This document shows positions 43,826-52,674 of a stretch of DNA of 64,000 nt, piece after piece. Both the position numbers and the translations under genes were made by a program. Source of the DNA: Planctomycetota bacterium (GTDB lineage: Bacteria; Planctomycetota; PLA2; JAEUHO01). Below the pieces are notes generated by a model, which searched no databases, was not told the origin of the DNA, and saw only the letters and a program-made list of their open reading frames with translations. The first letter of the stretch is position 1; each line of letters opens with the position of its first letter. Where the stretch lies: positions 4,612 through 68,611 of the forward strand of contig JASJAY010000001.1 in NCBI GenBank assembly GCA_030066775.1, written 5' to 3'.

Positions 43826-44974
43826 TCACTCGTACCGGAAGCGTCGCACGGCCAGCCAGCCGATGGCGAGTGCGCCGAGGGCCAGCAGCAGTGTGTTGCC
43901 GACGGCGCTGGCGGGACCGGCGCGGTAGTTCACGAGCTGGTGCATCGCATCCATGGCCCAGCCCGTGGGCAAGACGGTCGCGAGGCTCTGCATCGCGGGC
44001 GAGGTGACCTCGATCGGCCACCAGCAGCCGCCGAGCGCCGCCAGGACGTTGGCGGTCAGCACGCCCAGGCCGATGGCCTGCGACGCCGTGCGCGCGATGC
44101 AGCCGAGCAGCAGGCCGAGAGACGCGCAGAAGGCGGCCCAGGCGACGAGCACGAGCGCCACCATCAGCACGTCCGGGCCCCAGTCGAGGCCGAAGATCAG
44201 GGCGCCGAAGAGCATGGCTACGGCCACCTGCACGAGTGCCAGGAGCATGCGGCCGGCCCACTTGCCGAGCACGATCTCCCCGCGCGAGATCGGGGTGGAG
44301 GCCAGTCGACGCAGCAGGCCTTGCTCGCGCTCCACGACGAGCGTGGACGTGCCCGACGTGAGGAGCACGATCATCGTGAACATCACGAGGATGCCGGGGA
44401 TCGCCTGGTCGAAGCCGGTCGGGATCCTGCGCCGCTCGCCGGCGGGCCGGCTTACGAGCGTCAGCGCACGGGGCTTCGCCGCCAGCCGCGCGAACGACGC
44501 GGGCGTCGGCTCTTCACCCGCCTCGGCCGCCGCGACGACGTCCGCGAGCAGCGTGTACACGGCGCGCACGAAGCGCACCTCGTCCAGCTGGCTCGAGAGG
44601 TCGACCTCCCGGCGCTCGAGGGAGAGCGGGGTCGGCGTGCCGCCGAGGACGCGCTCCGTAAACCCGTCCGGGATCTGCAGACGACGGCCGTGCGATGCGA
44701 ACGTCGTCTCGTCCTCGGTGCGAACGACCTCGAACCCGTTCTCGTCGAGCCGCCGCTCGAGCTCGGCCACCAGGAAGCCCGGCGAGCCCTCCGCGCGCAC
44801 GGCAAGCGGGCGCTTCGCCTCACCGCCGCTCGTGAAGCCGCCGCCGCCGATGACCGTGCCGATGAAGTAGAAGAACACGATCGGCATCACGAAGATCCAC
44901 AGCAGCGCCTCCTTGCCGCGGATCGCGTAGAGGAAGTCCTTCGTGGCGATGAAGCGGGCGCGCTCGAAGCTCAT
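43826..44974 (-). CDS. ABC-2 type transporter permease
   Basis: Track ORF 43826..45496 trimmed to ATG 44974, which overlaps the upstream stop as ATGA. Large periplasmic loop followed by five to six TM helices. Confidence 0.8.
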   Translation of the reverse strand: MSFERARFIATKDFLYAIRGKEALLWIFVMPIVFFYFIGTVIGGGGFTSGGEAKRPLAVRAEGSPGFLVAELERRLDENGFEVVRTEDETTFASHGRRLQIPDGFTERVLGGTPTPLSLERREVDLSSQLDEVRFVRAVYTLLADVVAAAEAGEEPTPASFARLAAKPRALTLVSRPAGERRRIPTGFDQAIPGILVMFTMIVLLTSGTSTLVVEREQGLLRRLASTPISRGEIVLGKWAGRMLLALVQVAVAMLFGALIFGLDWGPDVLMVALVLVAWAAFCASLGLLLGCIARTASQAIGLGVLTANVLAALGGCWWPIEVTSPAMQSLATVLPTGWAMDAMHQLVNYRAGPASAVGNTLLLALGALAIGWLAVRRFRYE

Positions 44975-46209
44975 GACGCCCTCGCAAACCGCTTCGACAG
45001 CGTGCGCGATGCGAGCGCGAACAAGAGCAGGCCAACCGCGAGCATGCCCAGCAGCGGGACCAAGAGCTCCGTGGGCGCGGTGCGTTCGAGCAAGAGGTCC
45101 TTGAGCTGCGCGACGGACCATCCGTTGGGCGTGAAGCGGCCGACGGCGGCAAGGCCCTTCGGCATCATCTCGGCGGGGAAGAAGCTGCCGCCGACCATCA
45201 AGAGCGGGAACGCGATCGCGTTGGTGAGGATCTGTCCGGCGCGCGGGGTCCGGGTGGCCATCTGGATCCAGCACATGAGCACGAGCAGCACGCCGCCCGT
45301 CACCGCGCACCAGACGACGGCCACCGGCAGCACGCGCCACGGCAGATCGAGATAGAACGTGCCGATCGCCATCAGTACGAGGGCGAGCACGCCCGCAATG
45401 ACGACGCCCGCCATCAGCTTGCCGGCGAAGAGGCCGCCGACGCCGCCCGGCGCGCTGACCGCACGGCGCAGCGTGCCCATGCTGCGTTCCCGCCACATGT
45501 CCTCGCTCAGACCCGTCGCGAAGAAGAGGAGAGCCATGAGCACGATGCCCGGCAGGAAGAGCACGGACACGTCGACGCTCGGCGCCTGTGCGTCGGTCGC
45601 CGTGTCGGCCTCCAGCACGGGCGGAAGCAGATAGCGCTCGACGCGGCGGAAGACGCCGTTCACCGCCACGCTGATGCGCGTGACCTCTTCGTCGCTCGGC
45701 GTGGCTTCGAGTCCGCCCATCTCGTCGACGATGCCGCGGATGTCATCGCCGACGATCCGCTGCATGTAGAAGACGACGTCGACGAGCACCCGGAGCGTCT
45801 CCTCGGCGATCTGGGGCAGGATCGACTGTGCGGGGTTGGTAACGAGCTCGAGCTCCGACGGCGTGTCCTCGAGGACCGCCTGTCCGAAGCCCTCGGGGAT
45901 CAAGAGCAGGGCGCTCGCCTCGCCTTCGTCGAGTCGTTTGCGACCTTCGTCCAGCGGGACGCGCTCGCTGTCGAGCACGCGCAGCTCCTCGCGCGCGAGC
46001 AGCCCCACGAAGAGCTCGCTCAAGAAGCTCCCGTCCTCGTCGGCAACGAGGAGCTTTGCGCGCGGCGGGGCCTCGCCGACGTCGCCGAACGCGAGCGTGA
46101 TGAGCGCGCCGATCAGGATCGGGATGCCCAGCCACAGCGCCAGCGCCATCGGATCCTTCGCTTGCCGCGACAGGTCCTTCGCGGCGGCGTGGAGCGCCAT
46201 GCGGCTCAC
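44971..46209 (-). CDS. ABC-2 type transporter permease
   Basis: 412-aa ORF. GTG 46209 overlaps the ATPase stop as GTGA; ATG 46200 is the alternative. Same topology as the paralogous downstream permease. Confidence 0.8.
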   Translation of the reverse strand: MSRMALHAAAKDLSRQAKDPMALALWLGIPILIGALITLAFGDVGEAPPRAKLLVADEDGSFLSELFVGLLAREELRVLDSERVPLDEGRKRLDEGEASALLLIPEGFGQAVLEDTPSELELVTNPAQSILPQIAEETLRVLVDVVFYMQRIVGDDIRGIVDEMGGLEATPSDEEVTRISVAVNGVFRRVERYLLPPVLEADTATDAQAPSVDVSVLFLPGIVLMALLFFATGLSEDMWRERSMGTLRRAVSAPGGVGGLFAGKLMAGVVIAGVLALVLMAIGTFYLDLPWRVLPVAVVWCAVTGGVLLVLMCWIQMATRTPRAGQILTNAIAFPLLMVGGSFFPAEMMPKGLAAVGRFTPNGWSVAQLKDLLLERTAPTELLVPLLGMLAVGLLLFALASRTLSKRFARAS

Positions 46210-47135
46210 TCGCGCAGCTCCTTGCCCGTCAGCTTGATGAAGAGCGTCTCGAGGCTGGGCTCGGTCAGCGTGGTCTGGCGGATCTCGCTGCCCGCTGTGG
46301 TCAGCGCATCGAAGAGCGCCGGCAGCCGAGACGAGGCGTCGCGTAGCGCAAGCCGCAACGCGTCCGGCTCCACCTGCACGACCTCGACGTCGTCCACGGC
46401 GCCGAGCGCCTGCTCCACGGCGGCCGCATCGAAGTGCCCGGTGAGCTGCAGCAGGTCCCGCTCGCCGACCTGGCCGCGCAGCTCCTCGAGGGTGCCGTTC
46501 GCGATGAGCTTGCCGCGGTCGATGATCGCGAGGCGGTCGCAGAGCTGCTCCGCCTCCTCCATGTAGTGCGTCGTGTACAGCACCGTCGTGCCGTCGGCCA
46601 CGAGCGTCTTGACCATCTCGAACAGGCGCACGCGCGACTGGGGGTCCACGCCCACCGTCGGCTCGTCGAGCAGGACGACCTTGGGCCGGTGCACGATCGC
46701 GCAGCCGAAGTTGATGCGGCGCTTCATGCCGCCGCTGTACTGGCTCACCGGTTCCTTGGCCCGATCCGCGAGCCCCGTCGTGGCGAGCACGTCGCGCACG
46801 CGCGTCGTCAACGTGCTGCCGCGCAGCCCGTATGCCGCACCCCAGAACCGCAGGTTCTCGGTTGCGGAGAGATCCTCATAGAGCGCCATCTCTTGGGGTA
46901 CGACGCCTAACTGCTCGCGTGCGGCGCGACGCTCCACGACCACGTCCTTGCCGAGCACGCGCACGCGGCCGGCCGTGGGCTCGAGCAGACCGGAGATGCA
47001 GCCGATCGTGGTCGATTTGCCCGCACCGTTGGGTCCAAGCAGTCCGAAGATCTCGCCGGGTGCCGCCGTGAAGCTCACGTCGTCGACGGCGACGAAGCTG
47101 CCGTAGTGCTTCTCGAGTCGCTCGACGTCGATCAC
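46206..47135 (-). CDS. ABC transporter ATP-binding protein
   Basis: 309-aa ORF with GTG start after GGGGAGGG. Walker A GPNGAGKST, signature YSGGMKRR, Walker B VVLLDEP. Confidence 0.9.
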   Translation of the reverse strand: MIDVERLEKHYGSFVAVDDVSFTAAPGEIFGLLGPNGAGKSTTIGCISGLLEPTAGRVRVLGKDVVVERRAAREQLGVVPQEMALYEDLSATENLRFWGAAYGLRGSTLTTRVRDVLATTGLADRAKEPVSQYSGGMKRRINFGCAIVHRPKVVLLDEPTVGVDPQSRVRLFEMVKTLVADGTTVLYTTHYMEEAEQLCDRLAIIDRGKLIANGTLEELRGQVGERDLLQLTGHFDAAAVEQALGAVDDVEVVQVEPDALRLALRDASSRLPALFDALTTAGSEIRQTTLTEPSLETLFIKLTGKELRE

Positions 47136-47342
47136 CGTCGGCCCTCCCCGTGGCGCCTGGATCCTCGTTCGAACGAGAGCCTAGCAAAGCCCGAGAGCGC
47201 CGACCGTCCGGAATGACCGAACTCGTTTGCTCCATGGCGTCACGCGCTTGATCCGTTCATGCAGCAGCGCTAAGGTCGGCGCCCCGCGACATCGGGATGG
47301 GGGCTTTGATGTCGCAGTGCACGGGTTCGAGGGAGGGTCGTC

Positions 47343-48734
<1,392 letters not shown>

Positions 48735-49016
48735 TCCGACCGCGACCCGTTGTGTCCGGCCATTCGAGCCCACGCGGCAAGGTTCTGTTTCGAGATGCGG
48801 GCTAGGTGAAATTACGCAAAACGCGTGTAAGCACGCGGTCTGTGGAAACCCCATGGAGAAGCCTGCGGAGTCGCGTGGGCATTTGCGTTCCCACCAAGTG
48901 TTCCTGGGTTCCCAAAGTCGGAACCCCAACGCGCGAACGAGGTTGTGTGCACTGTGCACGAGCAATCCACAATTTGGGTGGGGTGTGTCGTGCTCACATG
49001 AGTCGCGTGCGCATTG

Positions 49017-49033
49017 TGCACAAGCGAAGTGCA
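49017..49033 (+). promoter_or_regulatory. candidate enhancer (UAS): TGCAC-N7-GTGCA inverted repeat
   Basis: TGCACAAGCGAAGTGCA is a perfect 5+5 inverted repeat with the 17-bp geometry of NtrC-type sites. It lies about 90 bp upstream of the -24 element. Nearby are tandem GTGCAC hexamers (48947-48952, 48954-48959) and AAGTGCR copies (49027, 49044, 49093). An A7 tract (49088-49094) sits between the UAS and the promoter. Confidence 0.45.
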
Positions 49034-49113
49034 TCGGGGCGCAAAGTGCGTGAAAACGTGGTTAACGGTCGATTGGCGGCCGCTCTCAAAAAAAGTGCGA
49101 AGTGGAGGAGCAT

Positions 49114-49129
49114 TGGTCCAGCCGTTGCT
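49114..49129 (+). promoter_or_regulatory. candidate sigma-54 (-24/-12) promoter
   Basis: TGGTCCAGCCGTTGCT has GG at 49115-49116 and GC at 49127-49128, the exact spacing of TGGCACG-N4-TTGCW. The -12 box TTGCT matches consensus. The -24 flank TGGTCC is imperfect. Confidence 0.55.
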
Positions 49130-49139
49130 CTCTACCTCC

Positions 49140-50437
49140 CGTCCGAAACGGACAACGATCTTTGACAGCACTGGCGATCGGACGAGACGACTAGTTGTGC
49201 ACCGATGAGTGGCGGTGCCGGGCAGCGGGCCCGGGATCTGCTGCTGCGCAACGGCGGGAAGTCGTGGATCGAGCGCACTTGTCAGACCCGACGCGCGCTG
49301 ACGAAGCGAAGGGGCAGCAATGTCCTGGAGCGGAAGCGGAGCGCGGACGTGATGACAAGGCGGAGCTGGTGGCAACACCGGCGCCCGGCGTGAACCACAT
49401 CCAATTCGTTGGCCTTCCTTTCCGCCGTAGCGGACGGAGCATCGTCTGCTGAAAGGTGAGAAACCTCACGAGAGCTGGGGGTCCGGAGACGGACCACCCG
49501 ACTCGCTCGAGCCCGAGACCCTGAGACCCGGATGGATAGGGACGTCACCCCATCCAAGGGTGCGAGGGGAGGCTCCGCGACCAAAGCGCGGGCCAGGTCG
49601 AGCGGGAGCACGCTCTGGAGAGGAACGGAACCTCAAGACGGGATCGGCGGCCGGAGCCGACGGGGGCTTGCCCCTGGACGCCCCGGTGCTGAACGGACTC
49701 GCCGCGGGAACAAGGCCCTGAAGGCGACTGCCGGCTAAAGCTCCACACCTCCGGGTGGCGGGGCGGCAGCTGGCGGCAACGGCAAGAGGGCAGGGACTCC
49801 GAGAGGAGCACCCATCGCGGTCGAGGGGAACCCCGTGAAGAGTGAAGCCCATGGGCGCTCCAGCGCGCTTGACGTGCTGGGAGGCGTGCGGTGCCGAAAG
49901 GTGCCGGGGGCCGCAAGGCCTAGTGGTGTACGCCGCGAAGGAGGTAGCCAAACCTCGCACGTGGCACGCGACGGCGGAGGGATCCGCCGTCATGACGCGG
50001 GACCACCGCGCTGACACTGTGCCGTAGGGCAGACAAAGTCCAGGAGAGGAAGCGAGGCTCCGAGCCCGGAGCGTGGCGCAAGCCGCGTGAACGGGGACGG
50101 GTCACGCCGACTCGCGAATGTCGTCCTCTGAAGGGGCGCGAAAGCGCATGGAGGGTCGCTCGAAGGCTTCGGCCGACGGGCAGCTCCACGATCGAAGACC
50201 CGAAGGGCGTTGAACGTCGAACGGGTAGGGCGGAACCCATAGCCGTCCTAGAGCGTGGAGCGTGTGTCCTCGAAGTGCCGCGGAACCCCATGAGAGGCAG
50301 CGAAGCCGGGCCGCAAGGTCCGGGGGAGCAGACACTGCGACTCGAAAACCTCTGGAGGACCGGAACAACTGGTCATCGACTCCGTCGTCAGGCTTCATCG
50401 GCCCGGGGCGTGGGCAACCACGCTCCGGGCTCTTTTC
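49140..50437 (+). ncRNA. candidate large structured RNA of unknown family (boundaries approximate)
   Basis: No credible ORF in the interval. Perfect helices are capped by GAGA (49480-49495), CTTG (49663-49674), GCAA (49909-49920), GCAA (50072-50087), GAAA (50136-50147), TTCG (50165-50174) and GCAA (50306-50323). The 3' end is terminator-like. The 5' end is inferred from the sigma-54 promoter. Confidence 0.4.
50401..50437 (+). terminator. intrinsic-terminator-like hairpin at the end of the candidate RNA
   Basis: GCCCGGGGCGTGG-GCAA-CCACGCTCCGGGC forms a 13-bp stem with one G-T pair, followed by TCTTTTC. Confidence 0.5.
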
Positions 50438-50506
50438 AATTGTGGACGCATCCGAGATCGAAACGCGCATGGATGCGGTACCGATGGGTGAGCACCATTG
50501 GCGATA

Positions 50507-50536
50507 GGGCGCCCACAAGGGGCGCCCCCTACTACC
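50507..50536. repeat. 30-nt palindromic element, left copy of an inverted pair
   Basis: GGGCGCCCACAAGGGGCGCCCCCTACTACC contains the local hairpin GGGCGCCC-ACAAG-GGGCGCCC. It is the reverse complement of 50634-50663 at 28 of 30 positions. Confidence 0.7.
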
Positions 50537-50633
50537 ACATGTCATCGCGGTGGGGGGCACCACGCCGACGTCCAACGCGCCGATCGTCGTGAACGGCACG
50601 ACACACTTTCGTCGGCCATGCGTGATCGCGGGC

Positions 50634-50663
50634 GGTAGTAGGGGGCGGCCCTTGTGGCCGCCC
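50634..50663. repeat. 30-nt palindromic element, right copy of an inverted pair
   Basis: GGTAGTAGGGGGCGGCCCTTGTGGCCGCCC contains the local hairpin GGGCGGCC-CTTGT-GGCCGCCC. Confidence 0.7.
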
Positions 50664-50751
50664 TGGCGCCATGGGTGGCCTGCAACCCCGGGTTCCCATA
50701 CGCGTTTCGTCGGGTTGATGTTCGATCCACAGTGGCGTGGATCAACGCGCC

Positions 50752-51783
50752 CTACACGATGCCGAGGTCTTCGGACTCGTCCTTGTAGGCGCGACGCATG
50801 AGGGAGGTGACGACCTCGAGGGGCTCCTTGCCCTCGTTGATGACGAGGTACATCTCCTCGGTGATCGGACCCACGAGACCGTGCTTGTGGATGAGATCGC
50901 GGATTGCGCCCACGCTCTTCGCACCCTCGGCGACCTGCTGCATGCTGGCCATGATGTCCGTGACCTGCTCGCCGCGTCCGATGCGCTCGCCGAAGGTGCG
51001 GTTGCGGCTGGCCTTCGAGTAGCAGGTCGTCATCAGGTCGCCCAGACCGCTGAGTCCGAAGAAGGTCTCGCGCTTGCCGCCGAGCGCGACGCCGAGTCGC
51101 GCCATCTCGAGCAGCCCGCGGGAGACCAACGCCGCCTTCGCGTTGACCCCCAGGCGCATGCCGTCGCACATGCCGGCCGCCAGCGCGATGACGTTCTTGA
51201 GCACGCCGCCGAGCTCGACGCCGATGAGGTCGGGATTCGAGTAGGCGCGGAACGCATCGCCGGAGAGCGTCGCCTGGATGCGTCGCGAGAGATCGAGCGA
51301 GGCGCTCGACACGACCGTGGCCGCCGGCTTGCCCTCCGCAATCTCGCGCGCGATGTTCGGACCGGACAGGACCGCGATCGTGTGCTTCGGTCCGGCCACC
51401 TCCGCGAGCACCTGGGTCGGACGCATCAGCGTGCCCTGCTCGAGGCCCTTCGAGACGCTCACGATCGGCAGGTCCTCGGGGACGCTCTGCGCATGCTGCG
51501 CCCACACGTCGCGCAGGAACGTGGTGGGCACCGCCGAGATCAGCAGGTCCGCGCCGTCGACCAGGTCGGTGAAGCGGCTGCAGACCCGCACACCCTCGGG
51601 TAGGTCGAAGCCGGGGAGGTAGCGCGGGTTGTGCCGGCTCTCCTCCATCAGCGCCGCGTAGTGCGCGTCGTACGACCAGATCGCGACGTCGTGGCCCGCA
51701 GCGCGGAGCAGCATCGCCAGCGCGGTGCCCCAGCCGCCGTCGCCCACGACCACGATCTTCTCGAACGGTTGGACGGCGTTCAC
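50752..51783 (-). CDS. gpsA: NAD(P)H-dependent glycerol-3-phosphate dehydrogenase
   Basis: Track ORF 50752..51912 trimmed to GTG 51783 after GGGGAGGG. Rossmann motif VVVGDGGWGTALA. Full-length GpsA-like sequence (GPNIAREIA, LKNVIALAAGM). Confidence 0.9.
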   Translation of the reverse strand: MNAVQPFEKIVVVGDGGWGTALAMLLRAAGHDVAIWSYDAHYAALMEESRHNPRYLPGFDLPEGVRVCSRFTDLVDGADLLISAVPTTFLRDVWAQHAQSVPEDLPIVSVSKGLEQGTLMRPTQVLAEVAGPKHTIAVLSGPNIAREIAEGKPAATVVSSASLDLSRRIQATLSGDAFRAYSNPDLIGVELGGVLKNVIALAAGMCDGMRLGVNAKAALVSRGLLEMARLGVALGGKRETFFGLSGLGDLMTTCYSKASRNRTFGERIGRGEQVTDIMASMQQVAEGAKSVGAIRDLIHKHGLVGPITEEMYLVINEGKEPLEVVTSLMRRAYKDESEDLGIV

Positions 51784-51811
51784 CGGCCCTCCCCGTGCGG
51801 AGCCGCGGGCG

Positions 51812-52501
51812 TCAGAGCTTCTGATCGGCGTCGCCGACCCGGCGCTCCGTGCCCCGCAGCACGCGCTGGATGTTGCTGCGATGACTCCACACGACGAAGC
51901 CCGCCATGACAAGCAAGAAGGCGAAGACGACGAAGCGTGCGTGGAAGGTGTCGGCGCCGTTGTCGAGCCAGTACGACAGCGGCATCATCACCATCGCCGC
52001 GATCGAGCCCATGCTCATGTAGCGGGTGATGCCCAGGATCATGCCCCACGCCCCGAGGCCGGCGAGGGACGAGAGCGGCGCGAGGGCCGTGACGACCCCG
52101 AACATGGTCGCGACGCCCTTGCCGCCGCGGAAGCGCAGATACGGCGTGAACACGTGGCCGAAGATCGCGGCCGTGCCGGTGATGACCTGCAGCGCGAGGC
52201 CTGTGCTCTCCGAGTCGAGCACGCGGCCGACGGCCGCGGCGGCCTCCACCGAGAAGAGCGCGACGAAGAGTCCCTTGCCGAAGTCGAGCGCGAACACGAC
52301 GACGAACATCGCGATCGAGCGCCAGCCGGACCACTGCCGGGCGCAGTTCGTGGCGCCCACGCCGCCGCTCCCGACCTTGCGCAGATCCACGCCCTTGAAC
52401 GTGCGCGCCATGATCCAGCCGAACGGAATGCCCCCGATGAGGTACGCAGCAACGGCGAGGAGGATCTCGGCGGTCGGCGTTCCCATGCTGATGAAGGCCA
52501 T
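51812..52501 (-). CDS. plsY: glycerol-3-phosphate acyltransferase PlsY
   Basis: Track ORF 51812..52651 trimmed to ATG 52501. Motifs GSGGVGATN and FRGGKGVAT. Five to six TM helices. Confidence 0.9.
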   Translation of the reverse strand: MAFISMGTPTAEILLAVAAYLIGGIPFGWIMARTFKGVDLRKVGSGGVGATNCARQWSGWRSIAMFVVVFALDFGKGLFVALFSVEAAAAVGRVLDSESTGLALQVITGTAAIFGHVFTPYLRFRGGKGVATMFGVVTALAPLSSLAGLGAWGMILGITRYMSMGSIAAMVMMPLSYWLDNGADTFHARFVVFAFLLVMAGFVVWSHRSNIQRVLRGTERRVGDADQKL

Positions 52502-52674
52502 GCGGGCTCCTGTGTCCGTCGGGGGCGGACCGTCGTCAAGATACCCCTGACGTGACCGTTCGGCAGCCTCCAGGCCCAGTGCGTGAACACGACGGCCATT
52601 CCGGCCGGCCGATGGTGCCTGACACGGCGCGACGCTAGGCTCACACGCCACCTCAGGGAAGGAGACCCCGGCCC

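Noticed and set aside
49205-49393. 62-aa ORF (MSGGAGQRARDLLLRNGGKSWIERT...) just downstream of the sigma-54 promoter, as a possible small basic protein and the real target of the promoter
   Set aside because: No Shine-Dalgarno-like sequence lies within 15 nt of the ATG. The composition is Arg/Gly/Trp-heavy with very high second-position G+C, as expected from random GC-rich sequence. No motif is recognisable. It overlaps an alternative 85-aa ORF in another frame. Ribosome profiling or conservation analysis would be needed to exclude it fully.
48735-50751. Known large-RNA explanations for the ORF-free region: group II intron, RNase P RNA, tmRNA, rRNA fragment
   Set aside because: No reverse-transcriptase ORF is present. 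There is no domain V-type hairpin (AGC triad with a 2-nt bulge) near the 3' end; the 13-bp GCAA hairpin at 50401-50430 is unbulged. No GUGYG 5' end pairs with a matching 3' end. The RNase P P4 strings (GAGGAAAGUCCGGGC / ACAGAACCCGGCUUA) are absent, with only a loose AAAGTCC at 50035. No tRNA-like ends or tag ORF suggest tmRNA. These are memory-based comparisons; cmsearch would be decisive.
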